From: Caecitellus pseudoparvulus
Lineage: Eukaryota > Protista > Bigyra: Bicosoecida
DNA length: 64,000 nucleotides
Assembly: GCA_965644315.1 (NCBI GenBank)
Contig: CBFFRQ010000081.1
Coordinates: forward strand, 62,001 to 126,000
Direction of reading: 5' to 3'
Each line of letters starts with the position of its first letter. Position 1 is the stretch's first letter. The position numbers were made by a program, and so were the translations under genes. The notes beneath the pieces are model-generated. The model saw nothing but the letters and a program-made list of their open reading frames with translations. It was not told where the DNA came from and ran no database searches. Positions 54,301 to 64,000 of the stretch are shown here, piece by piece.

Positions 54301-57300
54301 GCCAGCAAGTCCACCGAGCCGTACGCTGCAAGGACACTTTCACTTGTGGACTCACACGTTAACCCGCCCTTGCTGCAATCGGCAACGTTTCCCTGGATGG
54401 CCGTCCCCTGCAAGGACAGGCCGACAGGTGCCCCTGATCCACCGAGGATGGTGGATCTCATGACCCAGCCAGCGCTTGAGAGGGCAGAATTGTTCTTCAC
54501 GGAGAGGCCGGCGAAAATGCCCCCCACAGCATCTGTGCTCAAGCCACCACCGCTGCTGCTACCCAGTCCTGTGACCTTGTTCTCGCTGATAAGCGCCTGG
54601 CACTGGCCTACACCAGCACCTTGCATGTTCGCCACCAGGGCTGTGGCATCGGCGATGTCAAGGCCCCACAGAGCGGCGCTCGCAACAAGATCTTGGGCGG
54701 TGCCTTGTGCCTCCCCGCTGGCCGCCGCCTCCTCGGGGCACATTACAACGAGCGCGGACTGCAGGAACAAGCCTGCGCCAGCGTCAGTCGCAGAATTATT
54801 GCTGACGTGCAGTGTGGGGCCCTCCCACTGCCCAGTGTGCAAGTCGGCATCTCCGGCGTCTGGCCGCACCAAAAGGCGACCCCTGTGGCCGCCAGGGACC
54901 GTGTCTAACATGGCGACCCCGCCGCCAGACCCACCTGCGCTGTTTGAGGAGAAGGTCGCATTGTGCAGCAAGACGCTGTTGCCTCCGCACGAACCAACGC
55001 CCCCGCCGTGTCCTTGTGTAGCAGAGTTCATGGTCAACTCCGACCTCAGCAGCCGGACAACTCCACCAAGCCCCAAACTGACTGCACCCCCCATACACAA
55101 GGATGCATCGTCGGCTCGGGCAAGCACTGCTTCGGTGGCCACGCATGCAGAAGAGGTGGCGGCTGAGTTCTCGCTGACCTGGCCGTCTTGGAAAACGAGC
55201 TGGCCAAGGACGTGTGCGCCGCCACCGCTGCGATGGGCTGTGTTCTTCACCAAGCTTGAGTTACGCAACGAGGCAGCGGCCCCTGACCCTAGCCAAAGTC
55301 CCCCCCCGTCAGCTTGCCCTTCTGCGCAACTTCCTGATGGGGGGCAGGTAGCCGCATTTCCAAGCACGAGACAGTGGGACATGAAGACTGTGGAGGAGTC
55401 CCCCACTGCGAACACTGCGCCCCCTCGTGGTGCTGTGTTCTCTACCAACTGTGCCATACTCAGCGTAGCGGTGCCGGCGCTAGCAACTGAGACAGCACCC
55501 CCACCTACGTCAGTGGCAGCTGTGTGCATAACAATGTTTCTCCTCCATACCGTGCTGAAGCTGCCATCGCCTGCTTGGTCGACAAGAAGGTTTGAGCCAG
55601 ACTGGACTGCCGCACCACCGCCTTCAGACGCAGAGTTATCCTCGATAATGTACGGCTGCGCTACATCTGGAGACATCCTGAAATGCCCACCAGATGCGAG
55701 CGCGATTGCACCCCCGGCGCTGCCAGCTGCGTTGCCTTGCAAGTGAAGCGTACCACCACGTACGGTAACGTTGCCGCCTGTGGAGACAACAATGGCGCCG
55801 CCATCGATTGCTGCCTGGTTCCCGGAGAACTTGACATCGGCCCCCTCCTGCAGCCACAAGGCATTGTCCACTTGCACAGCCCCAGCGCTTCCGGCCACGG
55901 AGCACCCGGTGGACACCAGCCGCGAGCCAGGCAACATGTGCAGTGAGGAGTCCGAGGAAATGAGCAGGCAGCCTGCCCCACCTGTCGCAGAGTTGAACGA
56001 ACACGTCATGTTGCTCCCTGGGTGAAGAGTCATGCGCCCACTGGTCTCGACGACCCCCCCCGACCCCTCCCCCTGGGAGAAGGAGCCCAGGGACGAGTTG
56101 GAGACGCGAAGGGTCCCAAATACATCGAAGGTCGCATCTTTCACCAGGAAAGCCCCAGCACGAGGGGCGGTGGCATTGAAGATTTCCAAGTGGCCCGTTG
56201 CTTCCACTGTGAATGAGGCCTTATCGAAGATGGCAAAGCAACCACCGGCTGAAACTGACGCAGCAGCCTGGAACACTGTGCCAACTAGCGCCGAATGCTC
56301 CACCCGAACAGCATTAGTGGCTCCAGACGCCGATACTCCGCCGCCAGAGGCAGCCGCGGGGTTGGAGATTACGTTCCAACCCTGCAAGCTAAGCACTGCA
56401 TCACCTGAGCCCTGCACGCCCAAGGCACCGCCAGAGAAAGATCCCACCGTTGAGAGGTACGACGAGTTGGCCAGTTCGGCATAGCAGCCAGCTCCCACTG
56501 AGACAGCGCCTCCTACACCAGGAACTGCTGCAGTGAAGAGGTACTGGTTCCTTGCCATGCGCACTCCAGGCCCTGGACTTGTCCCGGAGCACAACATGGC
56601 GCCACCCCCCGCGCTTCCGTGCGCCTCTCCTTTGATGAAAATGGAATCATCCACTTGCGTCAACCCCGTGGAAACTGTGCGGATGCACCCCGCTAGCAAT
56701 TCAGCTGCAACAGGGGCGTAGGTGTGGCTGTTTGTCATGACAAAGGCTGAAGTTGTGGAAGCAATGGTAGCACAAGGGGCCGTTTGTCGAGCGTTTGGTT
56801 CACGCATAATAACACGGTCAGCCACAAAGCGGTCGCCATCGTGGGAAATGCCGCCGCCAGCGCTGCTCGCAAAGGGTTTTTGCATGTACACATACTGCAG
56901 TGTCATGTTGCCGAGCAGAGACGCCTGCACACCGCCTCCTAAGTTGTCTGCAGCTGGCTCGATCATGGCCGTGTGGCGCATGGCCATCTCAGAACTCAAC
57001 ACCGAAATGCCCACGACCCCATTCAAAGCCGTGTCATGGTAGCTCAGGGATCCCTGGATGTTCAACTTGGCATTGGAAGTACATGAAGCATGGGCGCCTG
57101 CACCGCGCGACACGTGGGAGCCGTGCGACACCAGCGCTGGCACGAGAACCCGCCATGTTGCACAAAGAGCTGAGCGTGGTTGGCCTTGGTTCGCCTCTGC
57201 CCAAGTGCGCACGACGTCCCACTTAAAGTTGTCGGAGAGGTCGGGGGAGGGCTCGGGCTGGCAGTAGTACTGTGCGAAGGTCAAGGAGGACTGCACAGCA

Positions 57301-60300
57301 CTTGGCCACATGTATGACTCATTGTATGGCAGGCCAAGCGTAACAGTGTCCCGCGGTGTGTACACACGCACATGGGGAATGGACTGTGCCCACGGCTTGC
57401 GCGCTGTCGAGATCGGCTGCCCGAAGTCGGCGTTTTCTGGCAGCATGTCCCACCAGGCTGGCGTCAAGTACTGTGGTGCGTAGCAATTCAGCAACTCAGC
57501 AAGCTGCAAAATTGTCAGGTCCCGCACGTCCAACGTGGCACCAATGATGCGGGCTGAAGGATACTCGATTATGCCCAAGCCGCCAGCCAGGTCATCAGCC
57601 TCGTTTCCACGGGAGAGCCACCGAGAAGCGAAGCCTTGCGTGTTCAAGTCCAGCTTGAAGATTGGGTCCATGCCCTGGGAAGGAGGGCTCCCAGGCGTCT
57701 GAGAGGCAAGAGCAACAGCCTCCTGCACGAGCTCCTGGATGGCTTGTAGGCCCAGGGCCGGACCCGCGCTGAAAGGCTGTGGTCGCGACGGGTCCAACGG
57801 GCGGCGGTCCATGTCGGAGGGTTCGAAGATGGCTGAGTGGTTGAATGGACCCCATATCGACAGTCGGCACTCACGAATTCCGTGGTAGGAGATGCCTGCC
57901 CCTTGCGCCGCTTCATTGTACATCAAATCCACGCCTTCAACGACGGACATGGGCGCGGGGCACTGAAGCAACACAACACCGGAACCAGCTCCCTCTGCCA
58001 TGTTGTACGCAACTCGACTCCACTGAAAGACGCCTAGCCCTGAGAGCGTTATGACAAGTCCCGCTGACAGGCCGCTGTTCAGGACGCGGTTGCCCTCCAC
58101 CCACATGTAGCTGCCCAGCAAGACCGGAAGCTGCCCAGTCTCTGCCACTGTGGGTTCCGTGACGAGCCCAACCACACCAGAGAAAGACACGGTGCCGATG
58201 TTGTCCAGAGATGCCAGAGCGAAGGGGCCTGCGACGTTGCCGTCCCGAAAACTGGCTGGCACACCAGTCAGGACTTGACTGCCTAGACCTTCAGTCAGAT
58301 TGACAGTGAGCTCCCTGTGCAAGGGAATCAGGTACTCAGATAGCGGCACCGGCGTTTCGCCGAAAAGGAAGCCCTGGAAGACGGCGGGGCTGGCGGTCGT
58401 GAAGTTCACCGCCCAGCGGGGCATGCACTGCGAACCGTTCACGACCATGAGCCCCTGCACAGTGCCGATGCCACCGTTCAGCTCTGCAGTGCTGCCTTGC
58501 ACGACGTTGCTGACATTCAGGGACGAAAACCCCGCGGCATCCCACTTGGTGTCGTGCTGGACATCCCAAGGCTCTACCGTGCAGTTGGCAGGCAGTTGGG
58601 CGACAGAGGTCAGGGGCGGCTGGTCGCACTGGTGAGGGCAGGCAGGCAGAACCCACAGCTGGCCTGCAGTGGGCTCCGTGGACGTGTCGATCTTTCGGGA
58701 CACGTGCAGCCCGACGCCCCCCGATGCGCCTTGCACTGCGCTGCAGCCGTGCACCCGCACGTTCCCCAGCAAGTTCAGGTGTCCATCCCTCACACCGATA
58801 CCACCACCATGCGTGCGGAGGGATGTTCCGGAGAGAGCACACGATGACACAGTGGAGTCCATGATTTTGGCCAAGGATTGGCCGCCCGCCACGCCGATGC
58901 AGCCGCCAAGCTCCAAGGCTGACCCGCCAGACACCTGCATGCCATACATCTCAGCCACGGAGAAGTTCCCGCCGATGAAGATACAGCCGCCATCCAGAGT
59001 GGATGCGCACGTCGCGATGGTGCTGTTCAGGAACATGCTCTGCGCGTAGTTGCCAGAGTACACTGCCCCGCCACTGCACGCCGCCCCGGTGCACGCAGCA
59101 TCAGCAATGTGAGCCCCCGGCCCCAGAACCATGCGCACATAATCATCTGCGAAAACTGCGCCTCCGTGCCCGGTGGATCTACATCCTGTCAGGTGAACGC
59201 CGTCCATCCAAGCGGCAGCCTGCGCAGAGAGATGTACACAGCCTCCTTCAGCCGGAACGCCTGCCGGGCCCATGCCAGAGGTTGCCGAAACACCCCAGGA
59301 AATGGATGTGCCCTGCAGGCGCACGACTGATGCCGCGCCAGAAGCGGAGACGACGCCGCCTGACACGCCTGCAGCACTGGACAGCTGCCTCACTGTGGTG
59401 GACCCCCAATCCATCCAAATGCCCGTGCGGCGAAGGGTCGCGAACGCGGAACCAGCCCGAGATGTAGCATCTTGCACGTGCAGGGAGCGGGTGCCGAGAA
59501 TGGCGGTGTCCGAGGCAAACACAAAGCCGCCCATGCCGCCCGCCGTGACGTTGACTGCGGTGAGACCGTCCAGCAGCAGGGAGGTGGAGAAATCTGACAG
59601 GTGCAGTGCGCCACCGTCGCCCCCGGAGAAGGTGTCAGACATGCTGCCCGGCCACTTGCGACCTTGGCGAGAACCTGGGGCAATGGCTCGAGACGTGTTG
59701 GCGACTGACACAGCACCGCCAGGCCCAAAGCCTGCCACGGAACCAGTGATGTTCACCGCGTCCAGGACAATACTGGAGCCATTGTTGGCGAGAAAGGCGC
59801 CACCCCCCGCAGTGCCAAGGGCTGCAGAGCCAACAACTGCCACATGGCTCAGCAGCAACCCTGCCCCGTCCACAGCAGCGCCGGTGCCGCCTCCAAGCGC
59901 GGAGAGCGAGTCGTTCAGCTTGCTGTGGGCAATGCACATGGAAGCCCGCCCACGAAGGGCGATAGCGCCGCCGTGTTCCGGGCCACCTGGAACTAGGAGC
60001 GGGACGAGGGCAGGTGACCAGGTGCTGCCGGCGCCGCCATTGCAGCCAGAAATGTCCCAACCGTACACCTGCACCGTGATGTGCGAGGGGGGCGCCGGAC
60101 CAGGGGAGTTGCTTGCGACAAACTGGGCGTATGTGTTAACGTCCGACGTGATGGTAGGGACGACACCCTCCATGATGCTGCCACTGCACAGTGTCGCGCT
60201 CAGGAGCGAGGGCGTCAAGATGGATGAGGGAAACGCGAGCACCTCCAGCGGCGGCAGCGCGGCGGTAATGTTCAGTTCACCGCCCAGTGTGGCCATGGAG

Positions 60301-61621
60301 AACGCGAAAGCCTGCGGCACATTGCACTGCATGCCGCTGTCATAGTTCTGCAGCGGGATCTGGGCTGGCACTCCCAGTGCTGCGGCGGCCTGCTGCAGCG
60401 GGCTTGCAGCGAGCTGAGGCGCCGTTGGGGGGAAGGTTGACCCGTCCGGCCTGTGCAGCGTCCAGAAGGCGCCGTGAGGGTCAGAGGCCGGGCAGGCAAA
60501 GGAGCACGTTGGCGGCCCGTAGAGAGCCTCGGCCTGTGCCACGCCAGCCTCGGACAGCCAGTACTCCAGCTCCGACTTGGCCAGCTCGACGTCCACGACA
60601 GAGTCCCCGGTCCAGGATCCGGCGCCCGAGCCCACAGGCACGCCACTGGCAGCCAGGGCTGCAGCAAATCCATCCAAAGCAGGGAGATATGGCGATGCGT
60701 TGGCACTGGGCGGCAGTGTACCGAAGGCTAGAGCCTCGGAAGGCGCGCAGGAAGCCCGCGGCACAGAGAAGAGCGCGAACGAAATGACGGGGCGGCTCGG
60801 CTGAAGCCCCTGGCCCTCTACCAGCTGGATGATGGTGGACATGCCCGCATTCAGACGATACAGCCGTTGCAGGTGCGTGAACATGGTGTCCTGAACGCAG
60901 TGCAGCGCAAGGTGCGGCAACACAGTCGAAGCTTCGGTTGCGACACGCAGCACTGCGCGCTGTAACTCCGAAGCCGCGGTGCCACTGTGGTCCCCCCCCT
61001 TGACCACAACGTAAGACCGAGGAGCCAAGTTGCACTGTAAAGCGTCCACTCCCACTGTGGGCTGCGTCCACCAGCCCAAGGAGCGGGTGATGTACCACGC
61101 CAAGTCCACTGCCGCGGCGATCGTGGCGCACGGGTTGCACGACGTGTCATCGCCGGTGGCAGGGTCCACGAACACCATTGCAGCCACTGGACTGATCAGG
61201 CCACATCCTTGGCCTGGCGATAGCTGCGTCCGCCTGGCTGCTGGCGTGGAAGGCGCTGCTGCAGCAGCGTTGGCAGGCCACGCTGTTACACGGCCGGCAG
61301 CCTGCACCCTCGGCTCCTGCGGAAGCTGGCCCAGCGCGCGGACCTGCGAGAAATCTGAGTAGAAACTGGCCCTCTCGAGTGATCCATGGTGTGCCGGGTC
61401 CTCGCCTTTGCTCTGCAGCCAGCGTCTGTGGATGGCCGGCCAGGACCAGCGCTCTGTGTTGCCAACTCCGTCGCAGCGACAGGGAACGACGCAGAGGGCC
61501 GCTGCGAGCGCAGGAGAGTGAGATGGGGTGAGCACGCGCACCAATCACATGCATCTTCCCACGTTCACGCACTAGCAAGCAGGGCAGACACCAGGCGGGC
61601 GCCTGGGCTGCGGAGCGTCAT
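48357..61621 (-). CDS. Giant (~4400 aa) surface protein: signal peptide, polymorphic-membrane-protein-like beta-helix repeats, GCC2/GCC3 Cys-rich repeats, C-terminal multi-TM domain; intron at 61502-61572
   Basis: Spliced start MTLRSPGARLVSALLATALCVVPCRC. Many GGA(I/V/L) and FxxN motifs. DUF1565-like GNPCGSIGRAL..GDTIALLPGTY. CPPGAFS..CEPCPAGTYS repeats. CETGYRGAFCGAC, KIILRLLLNHLQLV and YLTADLNVQC followed by many TM helices. Confidence 0.8.
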
Positions 61622-62164
61622 TGTGGGCGCTGTCTGCTCGGCAAGCAACGGAGCGACACTGTTGCCCGCTGCCCGCTTGCCACTGGCGCGCCTCCGCTGC
61701 GGTTCAGGTGGAGACGTCTGAAGCACACTTCAGTGTGCAGCTGGATGGGCCGCTGCTGCCACGTGGGCGCGCTGGGCGCCAGAAAGGCGAGTGACGTTCG
61801 CGGGAGCTTCCGCAACAAGCAAGACGTTTGCAAAGCAGGGCGATGCGGCAGGAAGGCCTCCGCAGGCTACATGCATCGAACGCGGACCTCTATCTCAAAG
61901 GTATCGTGCATCGAATTGATGGGCGTGTTGGATTGCATGCCGGCAGCTTTGGCGACATCGCGGCCGTTGGGGCAGGCAGCATGGCAGGCGCTTGCGCAAC
62001 CCCCTCGGCGCGGAGGACTGAACAAGGAGGTGCAGGACCAAGTGGCACAGCTGGAGGCACGGTGCAATTCACGCCCATGTCCTGCACTGCTTCCAGGTTG
62101 CCTCACCGAGCAGCCCCTCCATTGTGCTTGTGCAAAGGATGGAGGAGGCAGGGTGAGTCGGTCG

Positions 62165-62173
62165 ATTTCCGCA
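62165..62173 (+). promoter_or_regulatory. ATTTCCGCA motif upstream of the ZIP ATG
   Basis: Exact copy of the recurrent motif. Confidence 0.55.
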
Positions 62174-62216
62174 CTGCGCGAAGTGGACGCCAAGTGGAGA
62201 GCAGGGCCGGCGCGTC

Positions 62217-63531
62217 ATGGGGCCAGTCCTGCAAGCGCTGCTCGCGACGACATTTACGTACCTGCTCACGGCAGTGGGTGCGAGTCTGGTCTTTTGCGTT
62301 GACACTCTGGGCAATGACCACCAGACCAGCGTGGTCATGGGCGTTGCGGCTGGCATGATGCTTGCAGCAGTGAACGAGCTGCTGACGTCCATGGCAGAAG
62401 AGAGTGCCCCCATGGGCATGTGGTCGTGGCTGCCCCTGGCGGTGGGCTTTGCCGTCGCGTGTGCCATGATGCGTGGCATGGACTGGTGCTTGCAGCAATC
62501 GGTGGCGCCTGTGTCTGGGCCCACAGCTGCGCTGCAAGGGCACCGGCCAGCGCGATCCAGATCAGGATCCCACAGCGGACATATGGAACTTACGGTAAGT
62601 GCTGGCACGTCCCTTGTTTCCATGCAAGGCGCCCTGGAGTGTGCAAGCAACGCGTGTGACCGTCCCGATTTCCGCACAGGCTCCACTCGCTGCAAGCCCC
62701 GCCTCGCATGGCCTGAAACAAGCAGCACCCCAGGCAAGTGGCCCAGGGGGTCAAGCATCGGCCATCCTTGCCGCATCAGGGTACCACACAGCCTCCAGCT
62801 CGCCAAGTCGACCCACCGGGCATGAGGTGGTGGTGGCCATGGCCAGGGGCAGCGGCGCAACGCCACCTCAGCGATCCCGCACTGGTTCCAGCGCGTCAGC
62901 CGACGGCCTGTTGCTGGGAGCAGGTGGAGAGGAGGGTGTACGCATGCTGGGCAGCTCGGGACCCGTGGCTGGCACCGGCTCCACCGCCGAGGCAGGCGAA
63001 GGGAGCGTGGAGCCGGTGGCGGAGCCCACGCCCGAGGCTCTGCGCAAGGCCCAGTTGCTGGTGTTCGCGCTGGCTGTGCAGCACATCCCTGAGGCCCTGG
63101 CGTGCGGCGTGGCGTTCGCAGCGGTGACGCCCGCCGCAGACAAGGACGGCGACGGCGCCACGCTGGGCTCTGCGCTGTCCCTCACCCTGGCCATTGGCCT
63201 GCAAGACATCCCCGAGGGCATGATGGCCGCCTTTGTCCTGCGGAATCTGGGGTGGAGTCGCTGGAAGGCGTTCGCGTACGGGCAGTTGACGGGCCTGGTG
63301 CAGCCGCTGGCGGGGATGGTGGGCGCGGCAGCAGTGCTGGCGGTGCAGAGCGCGCTGCCATACGCGCTGGCCTTTGCCTCAGCGGCCATGCTGTTCGTAG
63401 TGGTGAAGGACATGGTGCCAGATGTCCTGGAAGGCACCAGCGACCGCGGCTTCCTGACACTGGTCATGATGGGGGCCTTTGTGTTCATGGCAGCGGTCAG
63501 CACACTCATTGACCAGGTGGACTTCCTGTAG
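62217..63531 (+). CDS. ZIP-family (ZIP11/GufA-like) metal transporter; intron at 62595-62679
   Basis: PVLQALLATTFTYLLTAVGASLVF, GVAAGMMLAA, TM4 AVQHIPEALACGVAF, TM5 AIGLQDIPEG, GWSRWKAFAYGQLTGLVQP, LPYALAFASAAMLFVVVKDMVP. Confidence 0.9.
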
Positions 63532-63810
63532 CAGAGCCTTCATTGTGCATGGATGGGGGACTGCGTGTCGTGCGAATTCACGGTGTTTAGCAGTGCAGCC
63601 GGGACGCCAGGCATAGCACGACTGGAAGGCTGCTGAGCGCGGAGGATTGACCCCTCCTGTCGCTCCTCCAATCTGAAGACACCAAAGTGAGAACTGACCT
63701 GCCGTTTGAATTAATGCATGTGGCATCAGGCGTGCTTCGTGGTGCAGTAACCGGTCACTTGTTTCCGGCTGGCACCGTTGCGGGTAAATTCAGCAGGATT
63801 GTGCACGTCA

Positions 63811-63819
63811 ATTTCCGCA
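63811..63819 (+). promoter_or_regulatory. ATTTCCGCA motif upstream of the putative ATG at 63918
   Basis: Exact copy of the recurrent motif. Confidence 0.5.
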
Positions 63820-63917
63820 CACTTCCTACTCTGCACCAATTTCCACCCTGCCGCGATCTACCACGAACCCTCGTCCGCGCCCCTACGCATGTGCGTGGTT
63901 TTACCTTTGTCGTAGTC

Positions 63918-64000
63918 ATGGCCATCTCCGCTCAGCCCGCCAAAGCTGGCCGCACCAGGGCCGGGGTGGCCGCGACCTCCGAGCCGTCAGCTCAGCCAAG
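63918..64000 (+). CDS. Probable 5' end of the next gene (MAISAQPAKAGRTRAG...), truncated by the window edge
   Basis: ATG in a gtcATGg context with an open frame to the window end; ATTTCCGCA motif about 100 nt upstream. Confidence 0.35.
   Translation, partial: MAISAQPAKAGRTRAGVAATSEPSAQP

Noticed and set aside
1107-60345. Numerous long antisense or alternate-frame ORFs (e.g. 4149-6434, 5422-7215, 53257-55746)
   Set aside because: They are shadow ORFs produced by high GC and codon bias opposite real genes, with no independent domain motifs.
1-64000. CRISPR arrays, rRNA genes, prokaryotic operons
   Set aside because: No spaced direct repeats or rRNA signatures were seen. Spliceosomal introns and gene content show a eukaryotic nuclear locus.

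Overview
Gene-dense, GC-rich nuclear DNA from a microbial eukaryote, with short (about 60-140 nt) GT-AG introns clustered near gene 5' ends. The content fits a heterotrophic protist, possibly stramenopile-like, but the taxon cannot be fixed from sequence alone. About 17 protein genes are recognisable: CNOT1, a mitochondrial VOC/glyoxalase-family enzyme, an ankyrin-kinase-KEN protein, SGTA, a J-protein, a DegT-type aminotransferase, EDC4-like, a two-pore channel, DUF2064, SPFH, DMXL/Rav1, an RGLG-type copine, mucolipin, a monoglyceride-lipase-like hydrolase, a NAK kinase, a RanBP2-ZnF/TROVE-like vWA protein, a ~4400-aa PMP-repeat membrane protein and a ZIP transporter. There are also three tRNA genes. 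Three signals stand out. (1) A ~3.9-kb protein-free, low-GC island (23567-27513) is bounded by a perfect 99-bp inverted repeat built on two inward-facing tRNA-Leu(CAG) genes and shows a mirror-image strand-skew switch; it is a candidate tRNA-bounded regional centromere/replication origin. (2) An apparently soluble ankyrin + IRE1-type kinase + KEN ribonuclease has the RNase L architecture in a protist. (3) The 9-mer ATTTCCGCA occurs ten times, always near gene starts or in first introns. All counts and exon models were made by eye; no database searches were run.
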